A DNA stretch of 34,846 nt, taken from NCBI GenBank assembly GCA_050012755.1, contig JBEKGO010000029.1:1-34846 (forward strand), given 5' to 3'. Position 1 is the first letter of the stretch. Each line of letters opens with the position of its first letter. The DNA comes from Candidatus Bathyarchaeia archaeon (GTDB lineage: Archaea > Thermoproteota > Bathyarchaeia > Bathyarchaeales > Bathycorpusculaceae). The position numbers and the translations under genes are program-made. Under the pieces are notes generated by a model. It had not been told where the DNA came from. It saw nothing but the letters and a program-made list of their open reading frames with translations, and ran no database searches. Shown here one piece after another: positions 6,847 through 15,766 of the stretch.

Positions 6847-9195
6847 TTACTCCTTCATTTTTCGGACCATTCTTGGAAGCAAGGTTGGGTCCGGAATTAC
6901 TGTTTCTTTCCAGTCGTGTGCTTCAAGTATCTTTGTGAATTCGTCTTTCATGGTCATTGGGACATCAGCCATTGTTCTCACGAATAGGTGCAAGTCGTTT
7001 GGCATAACTCCCATGTATCGTTTGCTTAGGTCCACATAGTGGCTTAGTTTTATGCTGCGTCCTTTCCATGTGTCGTTTGGTCTAATGCAAAGCTTTGCGA
7101 TTGCAACCATACATTCTTCTTTGGTTTCAACTGAGTTGAAGAGGTGTTCTGGTGCTGGTCCGACGTTAACTTTGTCGCCTGTACGGGCATCATAGACTTC
7201 AAAGTCTTCGGGGTGATCTTCTCTGCCAAGGAGCATACGACGGTATTTTACACCGTGTGGACCGACGAGGACTGGTATGCCTAAGCGCCAGAATCCTGCG
7301 GCGATTGATGCGGCTTTCTGTGAGTATGCACCCCAAGCCAAGCCGACTGCACCTAAGCGGTTGTGGATGTAATCTGCGATTTCTTCATAGTTGCCTCTTA
7401 ATGGGCGTTTGGCGAAGATGTTTGCAACTTTGATTGCTGCACCTGCAATGTGGCTGTTTGAGACACATGAGCCGACGTTTAGGACTCCTCCTGCTTCGAA
7501 TCCGCCTGGGAATTCTTCGTAGATTGTTTGGCCTTCGCTGTTTCTGTAGCTGCCAGCTGACATGGCTGAGCACCCTGAAAGGGCAACGATGTATCGTCTG
7601 AGTGCGAATTCTCTGCATATATCGTAGACGTCTTTGCCGCCTTTTGGATAGTTACTGCAGCCTACTACTGCAACGATGCCTGGGATTTCTCCGAGGACGA
7701 TTGGGCTACCGACATTGCGGATTTCGACGTCTGAAACTGCGCCTCTTCCTACGCGGCAAAGGTTGTTTTCTGCGTACATGGCTTTTTCGCCTGCTTTAAC
7801 GATGAGGCTGTGGATCATGATTTTTTGTGGGCATGCTTCTTCGCATCTGCCGCATCCGATACAGGTCTCATATAGGTCAGTTAGTAGTGATAGGTCGCCT
7901 TTTGCTGCTGCCTTGATGGCTGCTGGAATGGCGTAATCTTGTGGGCAGTTACGTTGGCAACTCTTGCATTGTGTGCAGGTCTTAGCGATTTGTGTAATTT
8001 CCTCGATGGTTGGAAGGCTACTCATTCGTTTGCGTACTGGGGCAACTTTTTGGGCAACGCGAACTGCGACTTCGCCGACTTTTTCTGGATCAAGAATTAG
8101 TACACCTTTGACTTTGCCACTGACGAGATCAGCGACGATTTCATCTGCTGGGTCGTTTGTACGGTTCTTGAAACCCACACAGTTCTTTTCTGATGCTGCA
8201 ATGACTGGTGTGTTAACTTTGGTTGCTTCGTCATACACGTCTGTTCGGATACATTGTTCGTCAAGTACGACTACGTCTGCTAAACCTGCACGGATGAATC
8301 TGAGCTCCCAACTAATTGGTCCAACAATTCTGGCGCGATTATAATATCGTGTCATGTCGTGGGCTGTGCAGCATAAGCCGACAACTTCAATTTTGTCGTC
8401 AACTTTGGTTTCTTTTGCATAGTCAATTATTCCCACTGAGGGGATGACGTTGTGACCGATGCACATTACAACTGGTTTGGTTCGGTCGACGCTTGCGATG
8501 CCTAGTTTTACGAGTGGCGCTTCTGGGTCTGCTTTTGGAAAGCCTAAGGTTGAGATTTGTGCGATGTCGCCGACTTCCATGCCTACGTGGTCAATCATGC
8601 CGACATGCATTGCTTTGGATTCAAAGTCTAAGTTGTTGCTTTCTTGACCTGTGTGACCTACTGCGAGGATTTGGGTGATTTGCTCTTCGGTGTAAGTTAA
8701 AATGTCATCTAGGTCGCCGAGTGTTTCAGGTTTTATACCAGTAACAAGGCGGCTGACTGGTGCTTCAACTTTTACGTTTAATCCACCGACGTCTAAGGGG
8801 TATCTGCGGCCGTATTTTTCAATTAAGGAGTGAAGAAGGTGTCGTGAGTGGGCTGTGTGGCAGGCTGCTCCAATTGCACAAGCTAACATCACAATACGAG
8901 ATGATTGAGTTGCGATGTCTATACCGCATGCGCCGCGTTTTCCAGCTGTCAAATCGCATTTTCCAAAAGTGCACAGACAGCATAGGTCACAATCGGGCAT
9001 GTAGAAAGGCTTGTACTTGTTGAGAAGCTTCATGTCCCAGTCCCGAAGAGTAGTCATGGAGGGCATTGGGGTTGGACCCATGGGCTCAGTATAGTTGTCA
9101 TTGATAACCTTGCCGATGGATACTTCAAGATTTTTGATAAAACCACTATTGGTCTTCATTTCGTCGATTTTTATTTGGACGTTTTTAGTTGTCAA
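6847..9195 (-). CDS. cdhA: ACDS alpha subunit (Ni-CO dehydrogenase)
   Basis: CCLCTFGKCDL, GHN, CCTAHD, DEQC, two CxxCxxCxxxCP motifs, GSCVSNSH, SQKAASIA. TTG at 9195 with an upstream GAGGT is preferred over the ORF-track start at 9285. Confidence 0.97.
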   Translation of the reverse strand: MTTKNVQIKIDEMKTNSGFIKNLEVSIGKVINDNYTEPMGPTPMPSMTTLRDWDMKLLNKYKPFYMPDCDLCCLCTFGKCDLTAGKRGACGIDIATQSSRIVMLACAIGAACHTAHSRHLLHSLIEKYGRRYPLDVGGLNVKVEAPVSRLVTGIKPETLGDLDDILTYTEEQITQILAVGHTGQESNNLDFESKAMHVGMIDHVGMEVGDIAQISTLGFPKADPEAPLVKLGIASVDRTKPVVMCIGHNVIPSVGIIDYAKETKVDDKIEVVGLCCTAHDMTRYYNRARIVGPISWELRFIRAGLADVVVLDEQCIRTDVYDEATKVNTPVIAASEKNCVGFKNRTNDPADEIVADLVSGKVKGVLILDPEKVGEVAVRVAQKVAPVRKRMSSLPTIEEITQIAKTCTQCKSCQRNCPQDYAIPAAIKAAAKGDLSLLTDLYETCIGCGRCEEACPQKIMIHSLIVKAGEKAMYAENNLCRVGRGAVSDVEIRNVGSPIVLGEIPGIVAVVGCSNYPKGGKDVYDICREFALRRYIVALSGCSAMSAGSYRNSEGQTIYEEFPGGFEAGGVLNVGSCVSNSHIAGAAIKVANIFAKRPLRGNYEEIADYIHNRLGAVGLAWGAYSQKAASIAAGFWRLGIPVLVGPHGVKYRRMLLGREDHPEDFEVYDARTGDKVNVGPAPEHLFNSVETKEECMVAIAKLCIRPNDTWKGRSIKLSHYVDLSKRYMGVMPNDLHLFVRTMADVPMTMKDEFTKILEAHDWKETVIPDPTLLPRMVRKMKE

Positions 9196-9352
9196 ATTAG
9201 GAAACCTCTGTAAAGGTTTAGGTGTATGCTGCATTACAATCTTTTTAAACCTTTCCAGATTTTTAACGCAGAAGTCACGTTGCATTTGTAGAAACGGAAG
9301 GTTTCCAGAAAATTGTGTAAAAAAAGCGTGTGGATGTGTAAAGAAATTGGGC

Positions 9353-10117
9353 TTATAAATAGCCCAAAGTTTTCAGTATGTTCTTCACTGAGAGATATGC
9401 TTGGTTGTCTTTTGGCAAGTCAAGCAGGGACTTCCCGTTGAGAACAAAATCATCCAATTGTTCATCCTCAGCTATTTTTCCCAAATACTTGAATTTTAAG
9501 TCAGCTTCAGCCTGCTTCCCTAATTCAGCTGGAAACCGGTAACCGCCAACCAAATAGAAGTTTTCAAACTTCATATCAACTTCTTTAACTATTCTGACAG
9601 CCCGTTTGACATGGTCCAAAGACTTCTTTGAATGATCAAGAATATCGAATATGTCGCTAACCGTTGAAGTTATACGCCTGTTGAGGTTTTCCAGTCCTGC
9701 TGGAGAATCAATAAGTATGTATTTGTAATTTTTTGTCAACGATTCCAAAGCACCTTTCAAGGCAGAATTAGGCATGCAGTAGCAGCCTTCAACCCATTTT
9801 GTGCCGACCGAGAGGAAATCAAAATTCTTGCTTTCATACAAGCCTTTTTCCCAAATGCGGCTTTCAATTCGCTCCGTTGGGGGAACGCCAACTGTTGTTC
9901 CACCTTGCTCGATAAAGGTGCTTACAAGGAGTTCGGCGATAGTTGATTTTCCAGCCTCTTTCAAGTCTACTCCAATCATTTCAGCAAGATTCTGATCAGG
10001 ATCAGCATCAACCAGAAGAAGAGGCGCTTGATTAGTTTCGATAAATGCTTTTGCCATCAAAGCGGTGAAACTAGATTTTCCTGTTCCACCACGACCAACC
10101 GTTACAAGAGTTTTCAT
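9353..10117 (-). CDS. cooC: CooC/AcsF-family nickel-insertion ATPase
   Basis: GRGGTGKS, VDADPD, EGCYC, DSPAGLENLNR; adjacent to cdhA. Confidence 0.88.
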   Translation of the reverse strand: MKTLVTVGRGGTGKSSFTALMAKAFIETNQAPLLLVDADPDQNLAEMIGVDLKEAGKSTIAELLVSTFIEQGGTTVGVPPTERIESRIWEKGLYESKNFDFLSVGTKWVEGCYCMPNSALKGALESLTKNYKYILIDSPAGLENLNRRITSTVSDIFDILDHSKKSLDHVKRAVRIVKEVDMKFENFYLVGGYRFPAELGKQAEADLKFKYLGKIAEDEQLDDFVLNGKSLLDLPKDNQAYLSVKNILKTLGYL

Positions 10118-10136
10118 TTAATAAAACCTCAAAGTC

Positions 10137-10916
10137 CTATGTTATTTTTTTAATCAAAAGCTCACATATATTATCTATGGTTTTAACCGCTGAGATTTCT
10201 TTGTTTTTAAGCGGAGTTTCACCAAGCATGTCAGCTTCAGTAACTTTCTGGTCAAAGGGCACAAATGCTATCAGGGATAGACCATTTTTGTCTGCAAAGT
10301 TTTGGATAGCCATTTTCTGATCTTCATTCATTACTCTGTTTCCAACAAGATAGAGCTGTTTCATTCCAGCAGCTGCAGCCATATCATGGATATGTTTGGC
10401 AATTTCCAGCGATTTCAAGTTTGAATCTGCAACGATAAGTAAAGCATCAACTTGCCTAGCAGTGCCTCGACCTATGTGCTCTACACCAGCCTCCAAATCT
10501 AAAACAACCGCCTCGTCACGTTCCACAACCAAATGCCTTAACAAAGCACGTATGACTGCATTTGGCGCGCACATGCAACCCGCTCCCATCGACTGTACGG
10601 TACCCATAACAATCAAGTTTGCACCCAAGGGAGTGGCGACAGAATATTGTTTGACTATGTCATCAACAGAAAAATTTAAATTGTAAACACCAGAGTAACC
10701 GGTGCTTGTTTTTGCTTCAACTAGTTTTGTATTCTCGGAAATTGGTACGATCTTACGCGTTTCCTCAACTGATAGACCTAAAGTTAAGCCCAGATTTGGA
10801 GAAGAATCAGCGTCGATCGCGATTGTTTTTAATCCGCGTTCAGCAAAACCTCGGGCTAAACCGCCTGCAATCAGAGTTTTGCCGACTCCGCCTTTACCAG
10901 AAACAGCTACCTTCAT
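10137..10916 (-). CDS. cooC: CooC-family nickel-insertion ATPase
   Basis: GKGGVGKT, IDADS, GCMCAP, DLEAGVEHIGRG. Confidence 0.92.
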   Translation of the reverse strand: MKVAVSGKGGVGKTLIAGGLARGFAERGLKTIAIDADSSPNLGLTLGLSVEETRKIVPISENTKLVEAKTSTGYSGVYNLNFSVDDIVKQYSVATPLGANLIVMGTVQSMGAGCMCAPNAVIRALLRHLVVERDEAVVLDLEAGVEHIGRGTARQVDALLIVADSNLKSLEIAKHIHDMAAAAGMKQLYLVGNRVMNEDQKMAIQNFADKNGLSLIAFVPFDQKVTEADMLGETPLKNKEISAVKTIDNICELLIKKIT

Positions 10917-10985
10917 TCAAATCACACATAAATAGATTTAAGAAAACATTAATTTACGTTTCTTAAAGATAAAAAGAAAAAATGT

Positions 10986-12461
10986 TTATTGGACTTTTGG
11001 TGTTTGTGCTGGAGGTTGCACTGGCATTTCTGGCTGAATTATTTTCGCAAAATTCTTCTTTGCACGGTTAAATTTCAGTGTCGCCAGCTTAACGATCTCG
11101 TCCTTGTTGACTTCAGCTGTTGTCAGTTGTGTGTTCTCCAGAAGCGTTTTTCCTATGTCGGACCGAACGATTACAGTTGAGTACCCTTCGGGGCTTCCCA
11201 CTGAACCTACTGATACGTCGGCGTATTTGTTGCTGAAGTCATCACAGAAGTTGCAGCCGTGTTCTTGAGCCGCAGCCAAATCTTTCACTGCAACAGCATA
11301 ATCTTTGCCTTCAACTGTGGCCATGAATTTGCCCTTGTGAATCTGTGTTTTCTCAACCTTATCCAAGTCGACGCCCATTTGATTCTGAACGGCAACCTTA
11401 AGCTTGTCATAATCGAACGCTTCAAAACAGAACAATCCAACAATACTAAGTTGCAGATCAGGACAACTTTTAAGCATCGAATTCTGGATTTTTCTTATAG
11501 CGCGGACCTCGCAAGGTGTACCCACAATTGCAATTTTGCGTTTGCCGCTTGCAATTACATCGTTCAACAACCAAAGCATCTTTACACGCAGGTATTTCGT
11601 CCCTTTCGCTTTGATGAGATCATCAACGTTCTCCGCTACTACGGCATCGGCTTGGTAGCCTTCTGTACGTTGCACGACGATGGCTGTGTCAAATAATCCT
11701 TTTTGCATTCCAGAGACCAGAATGGAGGTTGCAACTCCGCCGTCCTGCCCTGCTATGGAACTCTTCGCCGCAAGAATTTGATTATAAATTCCTAGTGTTT
11801 CATCGTATGTTCCATTCAGGAATTGCTGATTAATTTTTTTGCCATCTTCTTCAAGTGTTGGATACGTATAAGCCCTTGTGCGCTTTGACTTTGTTGGGCA
11901 AATGGTTGCGCATGCGCCGCAGCCTATGCAATCGTTTGAGAATGTTTCGTAGGGTGTTGTTACTTCTCGTTCTACTCCGCGTTTAGCAAAATCTATTGCG
12001 TTTACGCCGACTAATTCGTCGCAAACACGAGTGCATAACCCACAGAGGATACAATCTTCGTCTTCATCTTCTACATAGAAACTTGGTTTTTCGATACCGT
12101 ATTCAAGCGCCAACTGCTGAATCTTAGGCACTTTCGGTGTTCGCGCCAAAAGCAAATCCAAAAGGAGTTTGCGGACTTTGACAGTTTTTTCTGACTTAGT
12201 GTTAACTACCAAGCCCTCTTCAACAGGGTAGTTGCAGGATGTAACCATGCGACTTTTTCCCCGTTTGTCGATAATTTCTACTGAGCAGACGCGGCATGAT
12301 CCGAACGCAGAGAGCGCCTTATGGTAACAAAGAGTTGGAATGTTTATTCCCATGCTTTTGGCTACTTCAAGGATTGTTGCGCCTTCTTTGGCTTTTACTT
12401 CTTGACCGTCCATCTTTAATGTGATTTCTTTTAAGTTTGCTTGCACCTTGTTTGCCTCCAT
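10986..12461 (-). CDS. Fusion: HydA/NuoG-type N-terminal Fe-S module + FrhB/FpoF F420-binding domain
   Basis: N-terminal IPTLC..GSCRVC..TSC [2Fe-2S] and CILCGLCTRVC / CIGCGACATICP. C-terminal QDGGVAT, GTKY, VGTPC, GLFC, GCNFCDDF..ADVSVGSVGSPEGYSTVIVR are FrhB-family motifs. The true start may be GTG at 12446. Confidence 0.9.
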   Translation of the reverse strand: MEANKVQANLKEITLKMDGQEVKAKEGATILEVAKSMGINIPTLCYHKALSAFGSCRVCSVEIIDKRGKSRMVTSCNYPVEEGLVVNTKSEKTVKVRKLLLDLLLARTPKVPKIQQLALEYGIEKPSFYVEDEDEDCILCGLCTRVCDELVGVNAIDFAKRGVEREVTTPYETFSNDCIGCGACATICPTKSKRTRAYTYPTLEEDGKKINQQFLNGTYDETLGIYNQILAAKSSIAGQDGGVATSILVSGMQKGLFDTAIVVQRTEGYQADAVVAENVDDLIKAKGTKYLRVKMLWLLNDVIASGKRKIAIVGTPCEVRAIRKIQNSMLKSCPDLQLSIVGLFCFEAFDYDKLKVAVQNQMGVDLDKVEKTQIHKGKFMATVEGKDYAVAVKDLAAAQEHGCNFCDDFSNKYADVSVGSVGSPEGYSTVIVRSDIGKTLLENTQLTTAEVNKDEIVKLATLKFNRAKKNFAKIIQPEMPVQPPAQTPKVQ

Positions 12462-12462
12462 T

Positions 12463-14382
12463 TCAATTCGCCTTCTTTAATGGTTTTTTTAACCTCTGTT
12501 CCTCAGGTAGAGGGGGTGGAACAGGTTCTCCAGAAATCTTTGTGACAGCCTTAAATTTGCATACGTCAAAACAGGTGCCGCATTTTGTGCATTTTGACTG
12601 GTCAATTATGTGGATTTTGCCGACTGCACCGTTGATAGCCTGTACTGGGCAGTTTCTGGCGCATAAAGTACACGCCATGCATTTGGCTGGGTCAATGTAG
12701 TAGTTTATGAGTGCTTTACATGACAGCGCTGTACATCGTTTTTCCTTGATGTGGGCGTCATACTCGTCAGCAAAGTACCGCAGCGTTGTAAGCATGGGGT
12801 TCGCTGAAGTCTGGCCTAACGCACATAACGCAGCAGCGTTTGATGCCTCAGCGATTTGTCTTAGCTTTTCAATGTCCCCTTCTTTGCCTTTGCCTTCAAC
12901 AATGTCAGTTAGTATCTTTTTGGCTTGTCTTAGACCTTCCCTGCAAGGAGTGCATTTACCGCATGACTCGTCGCTGAGAAAGTTAACAAAGTACCGTGCA
13001 ACATCAACCATGCAAGTATCGTCATCCATAACAATTAATCCGCCTGAGCCCATGATTGCACCTAGCTTTTTGAGCTCATCAAAATCAACTGGTGTGTCAA
13101 GGTACTGCTCAGGAATCATGCCGCCTGAAGGTCCTCCAGCTTGGACAGCTTTGAATTTCTTTCCATTTCTGATGCCTCCACCAATTTTGAAAATCATGTC
13201 TCTTAAGGTCATGCCCATTGCTACTTCGACTAGTCCAGTGTTGTTTACTTTCCCAGCTAAAGCGAAGATTTTAGTGCCTTTACTGCCAGCTGTGCCTATC
13301 TTAGTAAACCAATCAGCACCTTTGTTTATGATGAGTGGAATGTTAGCGTAAGTTTCCACGTTATTGAGGACGCTGGGTTTGTCCCAGAGCCCTTTCTCGG
13401 CAGTATGCACATACTTTGGTCTTGGCTCACCTACTCTGCCTTCAATAGCCGTCATAAGTGCACTTGACTCGCCAGAGACGAATGCACCCGCACCCTTGTG
13501 AATTTTGACTTTGAAGTCAAATCCTGAACCAAGGATGTTTTTGCCTAGCAACCCGTAGGCTTCGGCGTCGTCGAGGGCTTTCTGCATGTTTTCGACTGCA
13601 AGCGGGTACTCTTGGCGCACGTAAATAAAGCCTTCATGTGAACCAACAGCGTAAGCAGCGATTATGAGACCTTCAAGAATGCTGTGCGGGTTTCCTTCCA
13701 TCAAAGCTCTGTTCATGAAAGCGCCAGGATCACCTTCATCACAGTTAACTATGACGTATTTGGGGTCTCCCTGCGCTTTGCGAGTGGAATCCCATTTCAG
13801 GAAAGTCGGGAATCCTCCGCCTCCGCGACCTCTCAGCTGTGACTTCTTAACTTCCTCCATGACTTGGTCAGGAGTCATCTGAAATAGAACTTTAGCAAGT
13901 GCCTTGTAGCCATCCAAAGCAATATAGTCATCTATTTTCTTGGGATCCACTTTGGCGTTATTATCCATGAGAAGCCTGTACTGGTACTTGTAGAAAGGCA
14001 CATCAACAAGCCGTTTCGCTTTCTCACCCGTATTAGGATCAGCATACAGCAAGCGCTCAACAATTTCATTGTTCACAACAGTCTTGGCAACGATTTCCGG
14101 CACATCAGAAGCCTGCACTTTAAAGTAAGCAACGTCACTTGGATAAATGACAGCACGTGGACCTTTCTCACAAAAACCTAAACAACCAGTCTCTTTGATA
14201 TCGACCTTGCCCTCTAAACCCTGCTTTTTGAACTCCGCTTTAAAGGCTTTTAGAACCTCTTTAGCACCAAGAGCTTCACAACCCGTGCTTGTGCAAAGGG
14301 TTACTGCTGGTTTAGCTGGATCAATCTTTGATAATAGCTGGTTTCGGAATTGTTCTAAATCAGCAGCAGAATTCAATCGCAT
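12463..14382 (-). CDS. HydB/NuoF-like flavoprotein with N-terminal thioredoxin-like [2Fe-2S] and C-terminal 2x[4Fe-4S]
   Basis: LRGRGGGGFP, NCDEGDPGAFM, GGPSGG, ESCGKCTPCREG, LCALG, C-terminal CMACTLCARNCP and CTKCGTCFDVC. Confidence 0.93.
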   Translation of the reverse strand: MRLNSAADLEQFRNQLLSKIDPAKPAVTLCTSTGCEALGAKEVLKAFKAEFKKQGLEGKVDIKETGCLGFCEKGPRAVIYPSDVAYFKVQASDVPEIVAKTVVNNEIVERLLYADPNTGEKAKRLVDVPFYKYQYRLLMDNNAKVDPKKIDDYIALDGYKALAKVLFQMTPDQVMEEVKKSQLRGRGGGGFPTFLKWDSTRKAQGDPKYVIVNCDEGDPGAFMNRALMEGNPHSILEGLIIAAYAVGSHEGFIYVRQEYPLAVENMQKALDDAEAYGLLGKNILGSGFDFKVKIHKGAGAFVSGESSALMTAIEGRVGEPRPKYVHTAEKGLWDKPSVLNNVETYANIPLIINKGADWFTKIGTAGSKGTKIFALAGKVNNTGLVEVAMGMTLRDMIFKIGGGIRNGKKFKAVQAGGPSGGMIPEQYLDTPVDFDELKKLGAIMGSGGLIVMDDDTCMVDVARYFVNFLSDESCGKCTPCREGLRQAKKILTDIVEGKGKEGDIEKLRQIAEASNAAALCALGQTSANPMLTTLRYFADEYDAHIKEKRCTALSCKALINYYIDPAKCMACTLCARNCPVQAINGAVGKIHIIDQSKCTKCGTCFDVCKFKAVTKISGEPVPPPLPEEQRLKKPLKKAN

Positions 14383-14852
14383 TATTCCTTCAGCTCCGTT
14401 TTTGTATATTTGGAAATTACTTGCCCCACGTTTGAGGGAGTAAGTTTGCCATGGTATTGACCGTCTATTTCTATAACTGGTCCCAGAGCACAGCAGCCTA
14501 GGCAGTTAACGGTTTCAAGAGAGAAGTTTTTATCGCTTGTAGTCTCGCCTGGTTTAATGTTTAAGGTGCGTTCAACTGAATCTAAAATTCTTGGTCCTCC
14601 ACGGACGTAGCAGGCGGTTCCGGAACAAACACGAACAAGATGACGTCCACGTTGCTTGAGGCTCAGCGCCGTGTAGAAGCTGGCAACGCGATAGATTTCG
14701 CTAACTGGAATTTTTAGCCGCTTATTTATTCTTATTATGGCTTCTTTGGGTATCCAGTTAAGTTCATGTTGAATATCCAAAAGCAACTGAATTAAAACGC
14801 CTTCGCCACCAACATATTTGTCGATGATTTTATCGATTTGCTCGATTGACAT
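14382..14852 (-). CDS. HydC/NuoE-like [2Fe-2S] subunit
   Basis: VASFY, VCSGTACYVRG, CLGCCALGP; its stop overlaps the start of the next gene. Confidence 0.93.
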   Translation of the reverse strand: MSIEQIDKIIDKYVGGEGVLIQLLLDIQHELNWIPKEAIIRINKRLKIPVSEIYRVASFYTALSLKQRGRHLVRVCSGTACYVRGGPRILDSVERTLNIKPGETTSDKNFSLETVNCLGCCALGPVIEIDGQYHGKLTPSNVGQVISKYTKTELKE

Positions 14853-15002
14853 TTATGGGGTCTCCACTGTGGTTAGAAACGTAAAATACATCTTCTAATT
14901 AAATAAGGGTTTGCTGTTATTTTTCGGAATATATATCATTTATACTAATATTAACCATTAATACGCTAGTACGCCTTTAGAAGCACATCTTTGCAATGTT
15001 AA

Positions 15003-15650
15003 TCAGGGTACTTTGCTGTTGAAATTGATCTGCTCCAAAAATCGTTTAGAAATGGTCGTATTTTTGATTTCGAATATCTTTTTCAGATCTTCTACGGAAT
15101 CAATGTCAGCCGCAAGTTGATTTGAAAAGTGCAACCTCACACTAACATCATTTCGGAATGCCTCTCGAATATGGTTTATGAAGCTTTCTGGTCCAAAACA
15201 GGCGGGAATTAGCTTGGGAGGGTTCTGGTAAAGCGCGTTAGTTCCCCAATCATGGGAAGGAGACAAAACAACAGCAGGGTTGCCATCATCGGCAAGTTGG
15301 ATAATTCGGTTGATTTCTTCAGAATTAACGAGAGGGACATCAGCCGGCAAAACAAGAATGGATTGCGCACCCTTTTCAACGCAATATGATGTGGTTTCTT
15401 CAATGGAGGAATTCAAAGTTGCTCCGTTAGCAAACCGGTAGGAAGCCCCAAACTGTTCTGCTGTTTCCTGAACTTGGAAATCTTCAGCCACTATAACAAC
15501 CTTGTCAACGGCTGAAGCTTTCAGGGCGTTTAGAACGTCTTCAAGCATAGCTAGAGTAAGCATTGCACGTTCCTGCGGTGTGAAAACTGCTGAAAGCCTC
15601 TTTTTTGACTGAGCAAGCTTCTTTACCGGGATAATTGCGTGGACAGCCAC
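15003..15650 (-). CDS. cofC: 2-phospho-L-lactate/PEP guanylyltransferase (F420 biosynthesis)
   Basis: IIPVK..SKKRLS, AMLEDVL, PADVP, GTNAL, FGPESF..H, DIDSVEDL. GTG at 15650 follows GGTGA. Confidence 0.92.
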   Translation of the reverse strand: MAVHAIIPVKKLAQSKKRLSAVFTPQERAMLTLAMLEDVLNALKASAVDKVVIVAEDFQVQETAEQFGASYRFANGATLNSSIEETTSYCVEKGAQSILVLPADVPLVNSEEINRIIQLADDGNPAVVLSPSHDWGTNALYQNPPKLIPACFGPESFINHIREAFRNDVSVRLHFSNQLAADIDSVEDLKKIFEIKNTTISKRFLEQINFNSKVP

Positions 15651-15738
15651 TTTGAAATCACCAAAGGTGATCAAACGAGCGACAAGAGTCGATATTGCTG
15701 AAATGTGAATTGAATGTTGCCTAAAAATATTTAGATGG

Positions 15739-15756
15739 GCGCGCGATTAAGCGCGC
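15739..15756 (-). terminator. GC hairpin downstream of mer
   Basis: GCGCGC-GATTAA-GCGCGC, 10 nt after the mer stop codon. Confidence 0.45.
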
Positions 15757-15766
15757 TTTCTAAAAT

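Noticed and set aside
10986-14852. Respiratory complex I or an [FeFe]/[NiFe] hydrogenase
   Set aside because: No membrane Nuo subunits, H-cluster motifs or NiFe large subunit; the third subunit ends in an FrhB-type domain.
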